Part shown: piece after piece, positions 37,269-46,329 of the stretch
Layout of the letters: every line of letters begins with the position of its first letter
How positions within the stretch are numbered: the stretch's first letter is position 1
Assembly (NCBI GenBank): GCA_038884755.1
Contig: JAWABJ010000003.1
Location: 1 to 61,645, forward strand
DNA from: Candidatus Norongarragalinales archaeon
Lineage (GTDB): Archaea > Micrarchaeota > Micrarchaeia > Norongarragalinales > Norongarragalinaceae
Direction: 5' to 3'
DNA: 61,645 nucleotides
Notes under the pieces: generated by a model
Told to the model about the DNA's origin: nothing
The model's input: the letters and a program-made list of their open reading frames with translations, nothing else
Database searches by the model: none
Made by a program: the position numbers and the translations under genes

Positions 37269-38864
37269 CTATTTCGATTCGACCGCGTTCTTTATCGACA
37301 AGAGCCTTTCCCGGTAAGCGTCTTTGAAAACCAGAGTTTCCTGCTGCCTGCGTCTCGCAACCAAAACCACGACCGCCAAAGCCGCGATTATGAGCAAGGC
37401 GACGAGCAGGCTGTTTTGCGACAGGCCCACGAACAATCCGCTTATCCCGCTGGGCTTGATTGCCCGCAAAGGCTCGCGGCCTATTTCCTTGCCTTCGCTT
37501 TTAACAACAAGAACCGGGCTCGCGGCCTCTTCCGAAGTGGTTTGCGTTATTTTCACGGAAAGCCCCGCGCTCTCGCCGGGCGCAATAGAACCCACGGCGT
37601 TCGACTCGACTTTCCAAGACGAAGGAATGCCTTCCACTACGGCAGAAACGTTCTTCAAAGGCGTTTCGAAAGAATTGGTTACGGAAACCGACAATTCAAC
37701 CACGGTATCACCCCTGGTTTCGGTCGACTTTACAGGGGCTGCAACAGCACACGAACCAGCTTCAACTTTCAAGTTCGCCTGTCCAACCATCCCTTTGGCA
37801 GAGCTTTTTGCGGTGACGAGAAAATCATTCTCTCCAACCTTGAGGCTGTTGGCCGGAATGGAAATGGAAAAAACGGCTTTCTCGCCGGCGTTCAATTCAA
37901 TGTAGTCGGGAGTGGCGAGAGAATTGCGTGGGACTGCGAGCGAGAAAGAATCTCTTGCAGTGCCCTTGTTCTCGACAAAACCCTGGAATTTTATTTCTTC
38001 GCACTGTTTTCCAGAAACGGACGAAGGCAGCCGCACTTGCGCCTCGAAAACGTCCTCGATCTCCACGCAAATCGGGCTTTCGGCTATGACCTGCCCTTTC
38101 CTCATCACTTGCAAAGAAACATAATGTCGTCCGCCTTCAACCCAGCCGGGACGCAAGTCCACCCAAACTTCTTCGGACTCTCCCCTGCGCAAGCTCACGC
38201 TTCTCGGGAAAACGAATGAATTCACTTCACTTTCTTCACCCAAAGTGCGCAAGTCGAAAGTCGAGGCTGCGCCGCGGTTGATTATGCTGAAGGGCTTGCG
38301 CACGCTTTCGCCAGGCTTGATTTTTACGCAATAATCGCTCCCGGAAATTTCCGCGTCAAAGTCGGTAGGGTCGTAGTAAGAAGAATAAACCAAATTGCTC
38401 CAAGCGAGCGAGCCGGCACCGTAAGAACGCGGGGGCACGAAAGAATCTGTCGCAACCCTGCGGTCGTCGTAACGCTCGCAGTGCTCGGGAGGGTTGGCGG
38501 CAACCAAAACTGTTTTGCGCAGCACTTCACAACGCCCGTTAGCGTCACAAACATCGGCATTAACCTCAATCCGTTCGGTTCCCCTGAAGCAGAACGGAGC
38601 GTGAAAACGAAGCCACGTGCCCTTAGCCCCCCTTTCGGGAATAATAACTCCATCATCCTCGAAAAAGCCGTTCAGCTCGCCAAGGTCGGCGTTGAAAGCA
38701 GCCGTCTTCGCAATGCCGTCGGTGTTAACAACCCAAAAGTAAACCTTCCCCTCGGTTCCGCGGATGGAAACGTGGTCCGCGTTCGAGTACAAAGACAAGG
38801 CGTTCGCCGCGCCGAAAAGCAACGCGAAAAGCAACAATACCGAAGCTAGCTTCAACAAACCCAC
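37269..38864 (-). CDS. Membrane-anchored surface protein related to 23755-28350 and 21729-23717
   Basis: Signal peptide; INRG/ENKG beta-sandwich repeats; DFDAEI resembles DFEAEL; ISGLF followed by a TM helix. Confidence 0.7.
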   Translation of the reverse strand: MGLLKLASVLLLFALLFGAANALSLYSNADHVSIRGTEGKVYFWVVNTDGIAKTAAFNADLGELNGFFEDDGVIIPERGAKGTWLRFHAPFCFRGTERIEVNADVCDANGRCEVLRKTVLVAANPPEHCERYDDRRVATDSFVPPRSYGAGSLAWSNLVYSSYYDPTDFDAEISGSDYCVKIKPGESVRKPFSIINRGAASTFDLRTLGEESEVNSFVFPRSVSLRRGESEEVWVDLRPGWVEGGRHYVSLQVMRKGQVIAESPICVEIEDVFEAQVRLPSSVSGKQCEEIKFQGFVENKGTARDSFSLAVPRNSLATPDYIELNAGEKAVFSISIPANSLKVGENDFLVTAKSSAKGMVGQANLKVEAGSCAVAAPVKSTETRGDTVVELSVSVTNSFETPLKNVSAVVEGIPSSWKVESNAVGSIAPGESAGLSVKITQTTSEEAASPVLVVKSEGKEIGREPLRAIKPSGISGLFVGLSQNSLLVALLIIAALAVVVLVARRRQQETLVFKDAYRERLLSIKNAVESK

Positions 38865-38869
38865 CGCTC

Positions 38870-38903
38870 AATGTTACTACCCTGCAGTTGGGAGTATTTA
38901 AAG
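38870..38903 (-). promoter_or_regulatory. Shared promoter/operator, copy 2
   Basis: 34 bp identical to 28356-28389, at the same distance from a GTG GGT TT start. Confidence 0.8.
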
Positions 38904-39067
38904 ATTGCGGGCGAGGAAAAACACCCATTTTTCACTACCACCCAGTAAATACTTTTATAAATACCCTCATGCAAGAGAGAATTACATTCGCGCCCCGCGC
39001 GGGCTAAGTTACCCCTGGGCGCAAGTAAAATTAAATAAAGGTGCGCTTCGTGAATTACTCAGATGCT

Positions 39068-39799
39068 ATGACTGCAAATCCCGAAATTCTAAACTCACTG
39101 CGGCAATTGGGCTTGAACCAATACGAAGCTAAAGCATACTATGCGCTGGCGAACTTTGGCGTGCATACTGCCGGAGAGCTGGCCGAACGCGCCGAATTGC
39201 CGCGCCCTCGCATTTACGACGTTCTCACCGAACTGCAGAACAAGGGATTCGTTTTGATACAGCAGGGAAGGCCGGTGAAATACGCCGCGCTGCCTATAGG
39301 CGAGGCAGTAAAGACGCTCGCCAAGCAAAGGCAGGCGGGATTGCAAGAAGAGTTGGAGAAAATAGAAGACATCGGCAAAAAGCTTTCGTTGAAAATAAAA
39401 ACCCAATCGTCCTCCGCACTCTCTTCCGAGGAAACGATTTGGACTTTGAAGGGAAGGGAAGCGATTTACAGTAAAATTTCGTCCATGATTGCGAACGCAA
39501 AGCAACACGTCACTATTGCGACCGACGAGAAAGGGTGGCTGCGCAAGAGCAAGGCGCACGGCAAGGAAATCGACAAGGCAGCCAAGAGAGGCGCGGACAT
39601 AACGGTAATAGCGCCTATCGCGAGCGTGGGAGTCCAGGAAGCCACGCACCTCTCTAAAGAACTGCCGTCTAGAATGGTTCTCGCGGACGACCAAGCGCTG
39701 CTTTTCCTTTCGCCAAAGGAGGCGAAGGCGGAAGAGGAAATGGCCTTGTGGTTGAAAAATCCGCACTTCGTGCAGACGTTCAGGCAAACTATCAAGTAA
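39068..39799 (+). CDS. TrmB-family transcriptional regulator
   Basis: LGLNQYEAKAY...LPRPRIYDVLTELQNKGFV...GRPVKY, followed by a TrmB-type middle domain. Confidence 0.9.
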   Translation: MTANPEILNSLRQLGLNQYEAKAYYALANFGVHTAGELAERAELPRPRIYDVLTELQNKGFVLIQQGRPVKYAALPIGEAVKTLAKQRQAGLQEELEKIEDIGKKLSLKIKTQSSSALSSEETIWTLKGREAIYSKISSMIANAKQHVTIATDEKGWLRKSKAHGKEIDKAAKRGADITVIAPIASVGVQEATHLSKELPSRMVLADDQALLFLSPKEAKAEEEMALWLKNPHFVQTFRQTIK

Positions 39800-39838
39800 A
39801 AAGCTTGAAACCCCCAAGCCAACTAAAAATTAGAAAAC

Positions 39839-40510
39839 TTATTCAGACGCTACCGGCGCAGCTTCGGCTTCTTCCTTCACCGGCTCTTGCTTTTCCGCAG
39901 GCCTCTGTGCTATTTGCATAGTCTGCTGCACGTCGAACTCCTCGTACAACTCCGCCTTGGTCAATTCGACCCTCTTCAGCGGATAGACTTTAGCAAGCGC
40001 CTTGTGCAGCTCTGCGTTCAACTGTTGGAACATTATCGAGCGGATGAAGTCGCCGAAATCGGCCGCAGCGCTCCTTTTCTTCAGCTCTTCGGCCAGCATG
40101 TTGCGCAAGCCCTTCTTCTGCGTTTCCGAACAGGTGCCTTGCGTGACGATGAGCGAACTCAGCTGGAATTCAATCCCGTCCTTCGACTTCAAGGGAATGT
40201 GCAGTTCCAAAGCATCCCTCCGCCTTCGAACAAGGGTGGAAACGTACTCGCGGGCGAGCGAAAAGCCGATGAATTTCGTGAACGCGTTCTTGCCTTTTAT
40301 TTCGGAAACGCGCAAACGCACGGAAAAATACAAGTGGGAAATGTCGCGGGTCACTTCCTTCAAAGGAATCGAAATCACTCGGTTCAACAAAGTCGCTTCC
40401 TCGGTCGCGGGAATGGTCAGCGTAGTGTGCACTTCGCCCAAAAACTTAGGGGCGACTAGCGTGTACCACTGCTTCGCTTTCCACGAGTCGATAGTCTTTT
40501 TTACGGCCAT
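39839..40510 (-). CDS. rps3ae: 30S ribosomal protein S3Ae (eS1)
   Basis: DSWKAKQWYTLVAP, LVRRRRD, VYPLKRVE. Confidence 0.92.
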   Translation of the reverse strand: MAVKKTIDSWKAKQWYTLVAPKFLGEVHTTLTIPATEEATLLNRVISIPLKEVTRDISHLYFSVRLRVSEIKGKNAFTKFIGFSLAREYVSTLVRRRRDALELHIPLKSKDGIEFQLSSLIVTQGTCSETQKKGLRNMLAEELKKRSAAADFGDFIRSIMFQQLNAELHKALAKVYPLKRVELTKAELYEEFDVQQTMQIAQRPAEKQEPVKEEAEAAPVASE

Positions 40511-40532
40511 GTTATTCAAACACCAACACTAA

Positions 40533-40979
40533 TCATTTTACCAGAAGCGCGGCTTCCTCGGGAACGTACTTCCAGCCTTGCGGCAGGCGCTTGCCCCTGT
40601 AATAACGGACGAGCCGGTTTATCTTGGACTCGACGTTGTGCAAATGCCGCCTGTTGTCCTTGTCCTTCTTGTTGGAAGTCAAATGCTTTCTCAGACGCAC
40701 GGCCTTGCGCACGAGGTCGATCAAGTCCGAAGGGTATTGCGGCAAAACTTTTTTCTGCTTGAGGAAAGTGCTTATCGAAACGCCCAAAACTTTCTTGGCG
40801 TCCGGCACGCCGTGCTCGTCGCGCAGCACCAGTCCGATTTTCGCGGGCGGCACTCCCTCCTTGGCCATCTGCTCGACCGCGTCTTCGACCTTGCTTTTTT
40901 CGACCTTCACCCACTTGGAAGTGAACGAAGGCTTGCGGCTCCTGCTTTTGCCGCGTTTTCGCGTGTGCATTCTCGCCAT
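40533..40979 (-). CDS. rps15: 30S ribosomal protein S15
   Basis: MARMHTRKRGKS, IGLVLRDEHG, ESKINRLVRYY. Confidence 0.96.
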   Translation of the reverse strand: MARMHTRKRGKSRSRKPSFTSKWVKVEKSKVEDAVEQMAKEGVPPAKIGLVLRDEHGVPDAKKVLGVSISTFLKQKKVLPQYPSDLIDLVRKAVRLRKHLTSNKKDKDNRRHLHNVESKINRLVRYYRGKRLPQGWKYVPEEAALLVK

Positions 40980-41079
40980 TTTTTTCAAAACCTTTGCTAA
41001 GCGTAAAAGTCTAACTTCGCTTTTCGGGCGACATTAGAACGAGGAAACAATATGCGAAAAGCCCTTTAAAAAACCTTTT

Positions 41080-43461
41080 CTACGATATCGAAACCAGTAT
41101 GCTATCGTTTCCTGCATTGGGGACCGGTGAAAATTCCACTACCTTCACCCTTCCCGCGCCTTTAATGTCGTCAATCACGTACGCCAAGCGCTTGCACACC
41201 GCATCGCCCGCGCTTACTCTCACAAGCTGCAAGTCCGCGCCCAACGAAATTCCTTTCTCCGCCTTCAGCCTGCGTATTTGCGCGATAACGTTGTGAAGCA
41301 TCGCACCCAACCTTTCGGCGTCCGGATTGATGCTGCGTTCATCTACTTCCGGCCACCGCGAAAGGTGAATGCTTTCTTTCCCGCCGGCAAACAAGTGCGA
41401 ATGGATTTCTTCGCAAACGAAAGGAGCGAAGGGCGCGAGCATTTTCAGCGTTTCTTCAAGCGCAACGCGAGCGCAATACAATGCTGCCTCACGCGTTTTG
41501 TTGCTGTCATCGTAAACTCGGTACTTGATGTCTTCGAGATAGAAATCGCAGTACTCGTGCCAGAAAAACTCGTACAAAGCGCTTATCGCCGTGTAATAAT
41601 CGTAGTTTTCGAACGCCTGCGAAACCGTTTTTTTCGTTGCATTCAATCGGCTCAAAAGCCACTCGTCGGCAACGCCGAGCTTTTCGGGCCTTTTTTTCAC
41701 AGCGTCCATGCTCTCGACGAACTTCGACGCGTTCCAAAGCTTTACCAAAAACGCCTTCGCCCGTTCCACTTCCTTGGGCGCGAAAGCAATGTCTTTTCCC
41801 GTAGAACCGCCCAGCGCTGCCCACTGGCGCAGCGCGTCGGCGCCGTATTTTCCGATAACATCCTTCGCCTCCACGTAATTGCCCAGCGATTTGCTCATTT
41901 TTTTCTTGTCTTCGCCCTGCACCATGCCGTTTATCAAAAACTCTTTGAACGGGCTTTTTCCCGTAAGCATCAAACAACGGAATACCGTGTAAAAGCCCCA
42001 AGTGCGGATAATGTCAGTGCCTTGCGGGCGAAGCGAAGACGGGTACAGTTCATTGAAAAGTTTTCCGTCGGGCCACCCTGCAATTACCAAAGGCGTTATG
42101 CTCGAATCCACCCACCCGTCGCAAATGCTTTTCTCGCCTTCAAGCTTCCCACCGCAATCGCATTTTTCCATTGGCGGTTTTGCAAGCGTAGGGTCTACTG
42201 GCAAGTCTTTCTCTTTTGGAAGGAATATCTTATTGCACACCGTACAATGCCAGAAGGGAATGGGAATTCCGAAAACCCTTTGCCTCGAAAAACACCAGTC
42301 CCACTCCAGCCCGTTCGTCCAGTCTTCAAACAATTGGTATGCGAAAGAGGGATGCCAGTTCGATTCCTTAGCTGCAGCCAAAATCTTTTCTTCGTTGCCT
42401 TTGATGCGCATGAACCACTGTGTGGAAAGCACTAGCTCAATAGGCTTTTTGCACCGGTCGTGGATTTTGACCGTTTGCACCAGCGCCTCCTGCTTTTCCA
42501 AAAGGCTTTCCCTGGCCAGCGCTTCGATGATTTTAGGCCTCGCCTTTTCCAAATGCTCTCCCGAGTATTCGCCTGCGTTCAAAAGCAGCCCTTTCTCGTC
42601 AATCGCTTTTACCACAGGCAGAGAATGTTGTTTTTGCCATATCAAGTCTTGCTTGTCTCCGAAAGTGCACACCATCACCGCACCGCTTCCGAAATCCTTT
42701 TCCACAGCAGCGTCGGCGATTACCGGAACGCTCTTGTCGAACAACGGCGTTCGCACCCGCAGCCCCACGATTTTCTTATAGCGGGCGTCGGCAGGGTTGA
42801 CCGCAACCGCAACGCAAGCGTGAATCAGTTCGGGACGCGTTGTCGCTATCAACACTGGCGAAGAGTCTTTCTCCAAAGAAAATTTGACGAAGTTGAGCAT
42901 GGTTTCGCGTTGTATTTCCTCGCTCTCGGCTTTCGCGATTGCACTCTGGCAGGCGGGGCACCACAACACTGGATGCTCGGCCCTATACACTAAACCTGCC
43001 TCGAAGTTTTTCAGCAAAGACAATTGAACTAGGCGCTTGTAAGAATCGTCGATAGTGTAGTACTCGTGTTTCCAATCAATGCTGAACCCAAGAGAATTCA
43101 TTTGCGGCTTGATCGTCGCAATCATGTCATGCGTCCATTCCAAGCATTTTTTGCGGAATTCCTCGCGCGGAAGCTTTCCGAATTTCTTTTCGACTTTCAC
43201 TTCCGTGGGAAAGCCGTGGCAGTCCCAGCCTTGCGGCAAAAGCACGGCATAGCCTCTCATGCGCCGGTAGCGCGCTGCGAAATCGAAGTAAGACCAGTTG
43301 AGCACGTTTCCCATGTGGAAATCGCCGGTCGGGAAAGGAGGGGGAGAGTCTATCACGAAAGCAGGCTTGCCTTTCGCGGGCGCAAACTCGTGGACTTTTC
43401 CTTCATCCCACTTTTTGCACCATTTTTTCTGGATTTCGTTGAAGTCAAGCTTGCCCAACAT
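41080..43461 (-). CDS. valS: Valyl-tRNA synthetase (archaeal type)
   Basis: DSPPP..TG.FHMGN, WDCHGFPTE, WCFSRQR, QGTDII, KMSKS. Confidence 0.96.
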   Translation of the reverse strand: MLGKLDFNEIQKKWCKKWDEGKVHEFAPAKGKPAFVIDSPPPFPTGDFHMGNVLNWSYFDFAARYRRMRGYAVLLPQGWDCHGFPTEVKVEKKFGKLPREEFRKKCLEWTHDMIATIKPQMNSLGFSIDWKHEYYTIDDSYKRLVQLSLLKNFEAGLVYRAEHPVLWCPACQSAIAKAESEEIQRETMLNFVKFSLEKDSSPVLIATTRPELIHACVAVAVNPADARYKKIVGLRVRTPLFDKSVPVIADAAVEKDFGSGAVMVCTFGDKQDLIWQKQHSLPVVKAIDEKGLLLNAGEYSGEHLEKARPKIIEALARESLLEKQEALVQTVKIHDRCKKPIELVLSTQWFMRIKGNEEKILAAAKESNWHPSFAYQLFEDWTNGLEWDWCFSRQRVFGIPIPFWHCTVCNKIFLPKEKDLPVDPTLAKPPMEKCDCGGKLEGEKSICDGWVDSSITPLVIAGWPDGKLFNELYPSSLRPQGTDIIRTWGFYTVFRCLMLTGKSPFKEFLINGMVQGEDKKKMSKSLGNYVEAKDVIGKYGADALRQWAALGGSTGKDIAFAPKEVERAKAFLVKLWNASKFVESMDAVKKRPEKLGVADEWLLSRLNATKKTVSQAFENYDYYTAISALYEFFWHEYCDFYLEDIKYRVYDDSNKTREAALYCARVALEETLKMLAPFAPFVCEEIHSHLFAGGKESIHLSRWPEVDERSINPDAERLGAMLHNVIAQIRRLKAEKGISLGADLQLVRVSAGDAVCKRLAYVIDDIKGAGRVKVVEFSPVPNAGNDSILVSIS

Positions 43462-43545
43462 TTCGACTGAACACCCTTAAGGCGAAAAAAGCCCGCGATA
43501 AAAAAAAGCAGAGCGCAAAATAAAAAGAAATGCGAAAGCGAGGGT

Positions 43546-43707
43546 TCAAACGCCCGACGCCCACCGGTAGTTCTTTGGATTTCGGCCCATTAAGAGGTTT
43601 CTCTGGCATTTTCTCGAGCAAAAGTTTAGCGACTGCCCGGTTTTCTTCACGAAAACGAAACCCGTGCCCAAAGCGATGTCTTTCCCGCAAAAAACGCATT
43701 TAGCCAT
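43546..43707 (-). CDS. rpl24e: 50S ribosomal protein L24e
   Basis: Below the ORF-track cutoff. Translates to MAKCVFCGKDIALGTGFVFVKKTGQSLNFCSRKCQRNLLMGRNPKNYRWASGV; conserved rpl7ae-rps28e-rpl24e order. Confidence 0.95.
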   Translation of the reverse strand: MAKCVFCGKDIALGTGFVFVKKTGQSLNFCSRKCQRNLLMGRNPKNYRWASGV

Positions 43708-43717
43708 TTTTCATCAC

Positions 43718-44008
43718 TCAAGCGCCTTTCGGCTTTATGGGCTTAGCTTCCCTTTCGGTGTCCAGCAGCACGAGCACATCGTTCTTTCGTACGGGCCCCT
43801 TGATGTTCCTGCGTATGACGCGCCCGCGGTCGCGGCCTTCAAGGATTTTCACCATCACTTGATAGACTTCCCCGAAAACGCCTGTCTTTCCGATAACCTC
43901 GACCACTTCCGCCGGAAAACCGGTCAAATCCATTACCGGCGTTTCCTTCGCCGCCGGCGCAGGTTGTTCCGGCTCTTTCTTTCCGATTATTTTCTTCTTG
44001 CCGCCCAT
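43718..44008 (-). CDS. rps28e: 30S ribosomal protein S28e with N-terminal extension
   Basis: [12 protein letters not shown]...[13 protein letters not shown]...EREA. Confidence 0.95.
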   Translation of the reverse strand: MGGKKKIIGKKEPEQPAPAAKETPVMDLTGFPAEVVEVIGKTGVFGEVYQVMVKILEGRDRGRVIRRNIKGPVRKNDVLVLLDTEREAKPIKPKGA

Positions 44009-44027
44009 TTAAACACCGTTTCAAGCC

Positions 44028-44501
44028 CTATGCAACAGCAATTGCCTCTTTCTTTTCAGCCTTTTTCTTGGCGGGCGCTTTCTTCTTCGCTTCTTTCGCC
44101 GGCTTTTCTTCCTTGGCCGCCTTTTCCTTAGCCTCGGAAGCCTTATCGCTGGCGCTTTTAGACGTTATTTCCTTGACTAGCTCTTCGGCGTTTCCAGAGC
44201 TTGCAATGGCAACAGCAGCGCACGGCACACTCAAGCCCGCAGCTTTCCCGAGCTCTTTCTTTCCCGAAACGAAAACAATAGCAATGCGCTTTTCCTCGCA
44301 CAAAGGAGGCAAGTGCATTACGACTTCCTCGGGGTCGACGTCGTCCGCTACCACCACGAGCTTGGCGCTGCCCCGCTCTATCGCTTTAGTAGTTTCGTTA
44401 GTCCCCTTGCGCACGTTTCCAGACTGCCTGGCGATTTCGATCGCCTGCAAGGCTTTCGCCTGCACGTCCGAAGGAGTTTGGGTTTTCACGTAAGACTTCA
44501 T
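44028..44501 (-). CDS. rpl7ae: 50S ribosomal protein L7Ae with Lys/Ala/Glu-rich tail
   Basis: [32 protein letters not shown]. Confidence 0.96.
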   Translation of the reverse strand: MKSYVKTQTPSDVQAKALQAIEIARQSGNVRKGTNETTKAIERGSAKLVVVADDVDPEEVVMHLPPLCEEKRIAIVFVSGKKELGKAAGLSVPCAAVAIASSGNAEELVKEITSKSASDKASEAKEKAAKEEKPAKEAKKKAPAKKKAEKKEAIAVA

Positions 44502-44544
44502 AACTCATTCTCACCCCACGTTAGTGGTCATAGAATTCATAGCC
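44502..44544 (-). promoter_or_regulatory. K-turn-containing rpl7ae leader (autoregulatory element)
   Basis: GGC-UAU-GA-AUUC pairs with GAAU-GA-GUU as a canonical k-turn; an inner CCAC/GUGG hairpin with a second GA/GA motif covers the SD-like GGGGUGA. Confidence 0.7.
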
Positions 44545-44653
44545 TGAAAAAAAAAAGGCAAGAAACATATTGCTCACGCAATTTAAAAGGCTTTTCTCGA
44601 ATACTGTGGAATAAAACGCAACAATAAAATGAGGGGAAAGGCTGAATAAATTC

Positions 44654-45568
44654 ATGGGGCACGAGGAAATTCCGTTTTGGATAAAGAAAGATGCAGTCAG
44701 GATACTCAGGCAAGGGGGCGAGCTGTCGCCAATCCAAGCGTGGTGGGTAAACGGCATACTGAAAGAAAGGAAAGAAAAATTCCGGAAGTTGCAGGAAAAA
44801 AGCTCGCGCGACCCGCTGACGGGGCTGTACAACCGCTCAGGGCTTCAAAACATCGCTAAGCTCATGGGCTTTTCCAAAAGCCAGTTGGAAGAACGCGTTC
44901 CCAGCAACCGCGAGCACAACGAAATCACGATTTTCGCAATTGATTTGAACAACTTGAAACGCGCCAACGACCGTTACGGACACCACGTCGGAGACGCTTA
45001 CATCAAGGCGGTGGCAGACGCAATAAGGGAAGAGGGGGTTGCGTTGCGCTGGGGCGGGGACGAGATGCTCTTGGCGCGGCAGTTCACGAACCACGAGGAC
45101 GTTGCGGAAACGAGAAAGAGAATCCAAAAAACAGCCGTACAAAACCTGATTGACAGGCTTACGAAAATTCACCAGGAAGAGGACGATTCGAGAGAAAAGA
45201 AAAGCATTGCAAAAGCGCTCAAGGACGCGGCAACGGGACGGTTTTCACTCGCAATGGGAAGCATGAGCGTGGTAAAACAAGAAAACATGCCCGCCAAGCA
45301 GAAAGTCTTTACGCTCAAGCGCGCGGTGCGCACCGCCTCCAGGATAATCCCGAATTTCATCCCTTTGAAGCCGCAGGAGGAAAGCGGCTTGTTCCACCAC
45401 GTGGTTTCCATGGAAGATTACCTCGACCGCAACAGGAAAAAAACAGTCGCAGATTACAGGGACGAGATAATCCGCAACGCCGACTTGCTGGGATATCTGC
45501 ACAAGTACACGCGCAAGAGAAAGGCGAAATCCTCGTTTTTAGTTAAGGTAGACGCAGTAAGAAAATAG
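44654..45568 (+). CDS. GGDEF-domain protein (putative diguanylate cyclase)
   Basis: RDPLTGLYNR, AIDLNNLKRANDRYGHHVGD, RWGGDEM, FSLAMG and IIRNADLLGYLHK. Confidence 0.88.
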   Translation: MGHEEIPFWIKKDAVRILRQGGELSPIQAWWVNGILKERKEKFRKLQEKSSRDPLTGLYNRSGLQNIAKLMGFSKSQLEERVPSNREHNEITIFAIDLNNLKRANDRYGHHVGDAYIKAVADAIREEGVALRWGGDEMLLARQFTNHEDVAETRKRIQKTAVQNLIDRLTKIHQEEDDSREKKSIAKALKDAATGRFSLAMGSMSVVKQENMPAKQKVFTLKRAVRTASRIIPNFIPLKPQEESGLFHHVVSMEDYLDRNRKKTVADYRDEIIRNADLLGYLHKYTRKRKAKSSFLVKVDAVRK

Positions 45569-45577
45569 GCGCTAGAA

Positions 45578-46321
45578 ATGAAAATGACAGTCGTCGGGCT
45601 CAAACCAACACGCATAAAACGGGTTTTTGCAAAACACTTTGTCGTAAGCGCTAAAAAGCCCGACTTCGTCGTTTCCTACGGCGGCGATGGAACTCTGCTT
45701 CACGCAGAACGCGTTTACCCTGGCGTACCGAAACTCGCGGTGCGCAACAACGCAAAATGCGAAGTTTGCAAAAGCAAAAAAACGAAAACGCTCCACAAGG
45801 CGAGCGAGAAAATCTACTGCGACTCCGCAGCCTCTGAAATAATCTTGCGACTGAAACAAAAGAAGTTCAAAATCGAGAGTTTCGAAAAAGTCAAAGGCAC
45901 AGCCTTTGCAAAGCGAAACGGAAAGACAAAGCGCTTTACGCTGGTCGGGCTGAACGAAGTGCAAATCCACAATTCAAACCACTCTCACGCGATACGTTTC
46001 GAGTTTTGCCTGAACGGAGCGTGCATTGCAAAGGAAATAATCGGCGACGGCGTCGTCGCCTCAACGGCATACGGCTCAAGCGCTTATTTTTATGCGATAA
46101 CGCAAAGGAAATTCAAGAAAGGATTCGGCATCGCCTTCAACAACACCATCCGCAAGCACAAGCCGCTTTTCTTGAAGGGAAAATTCAAGGCGGAAGTGCG
46201 CGTGCACCGGCGCCATGCGGTTCTGCTCGCAGACAACAACCTCAAGGCGATAGCCCTGCGCGAGGGCGACAGGGTGGTTATAGAGCCTGCGAAGGAAAAA
46301 GCAAGAATAATTACAATGTAA
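45578..46321 (+). CDS. NAD kinase
   Basis: YGGDGTLL, LNEV and GDGVVASTAYGSSAY. Confidence 0.9.
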   Translation: MKMTVVGLKPTRIKRVFAKHFVVSAKKPDFVVSYGGDGTLLHAERVYPGVPKLAVRNNAKCEVCKSKKTKTLHKASEKIYCDSAASEIILRLKQKKFKIESFEKVKGTAFAKRNGKTKRFTLVGLNEVQIHNSNHSHAIRFEFCLNGACIAKEIIGDGVVASTAYGSSAYFYAITQRKFKKGFGIAFNNTIRKHKPLFLKGKFKAEVRVHRRHAVLLADNNLKAIALREGDRVVIEPAKEKARIITM

Positions 46322-46329
46322 AAACGAAA

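Noticed and set aside
43500..43710. Apparent intergenic gap suggesting an ncRNA
   Set aside because: It encodes the 53-aa ribosomal protein L24e, below the ORF-track cutoff.
45578..46321. GGDG motif as a second GGDEF-like domain
   Set aside because: GGDGT with NE and STAY motifs is the standard NAD kinase signature.
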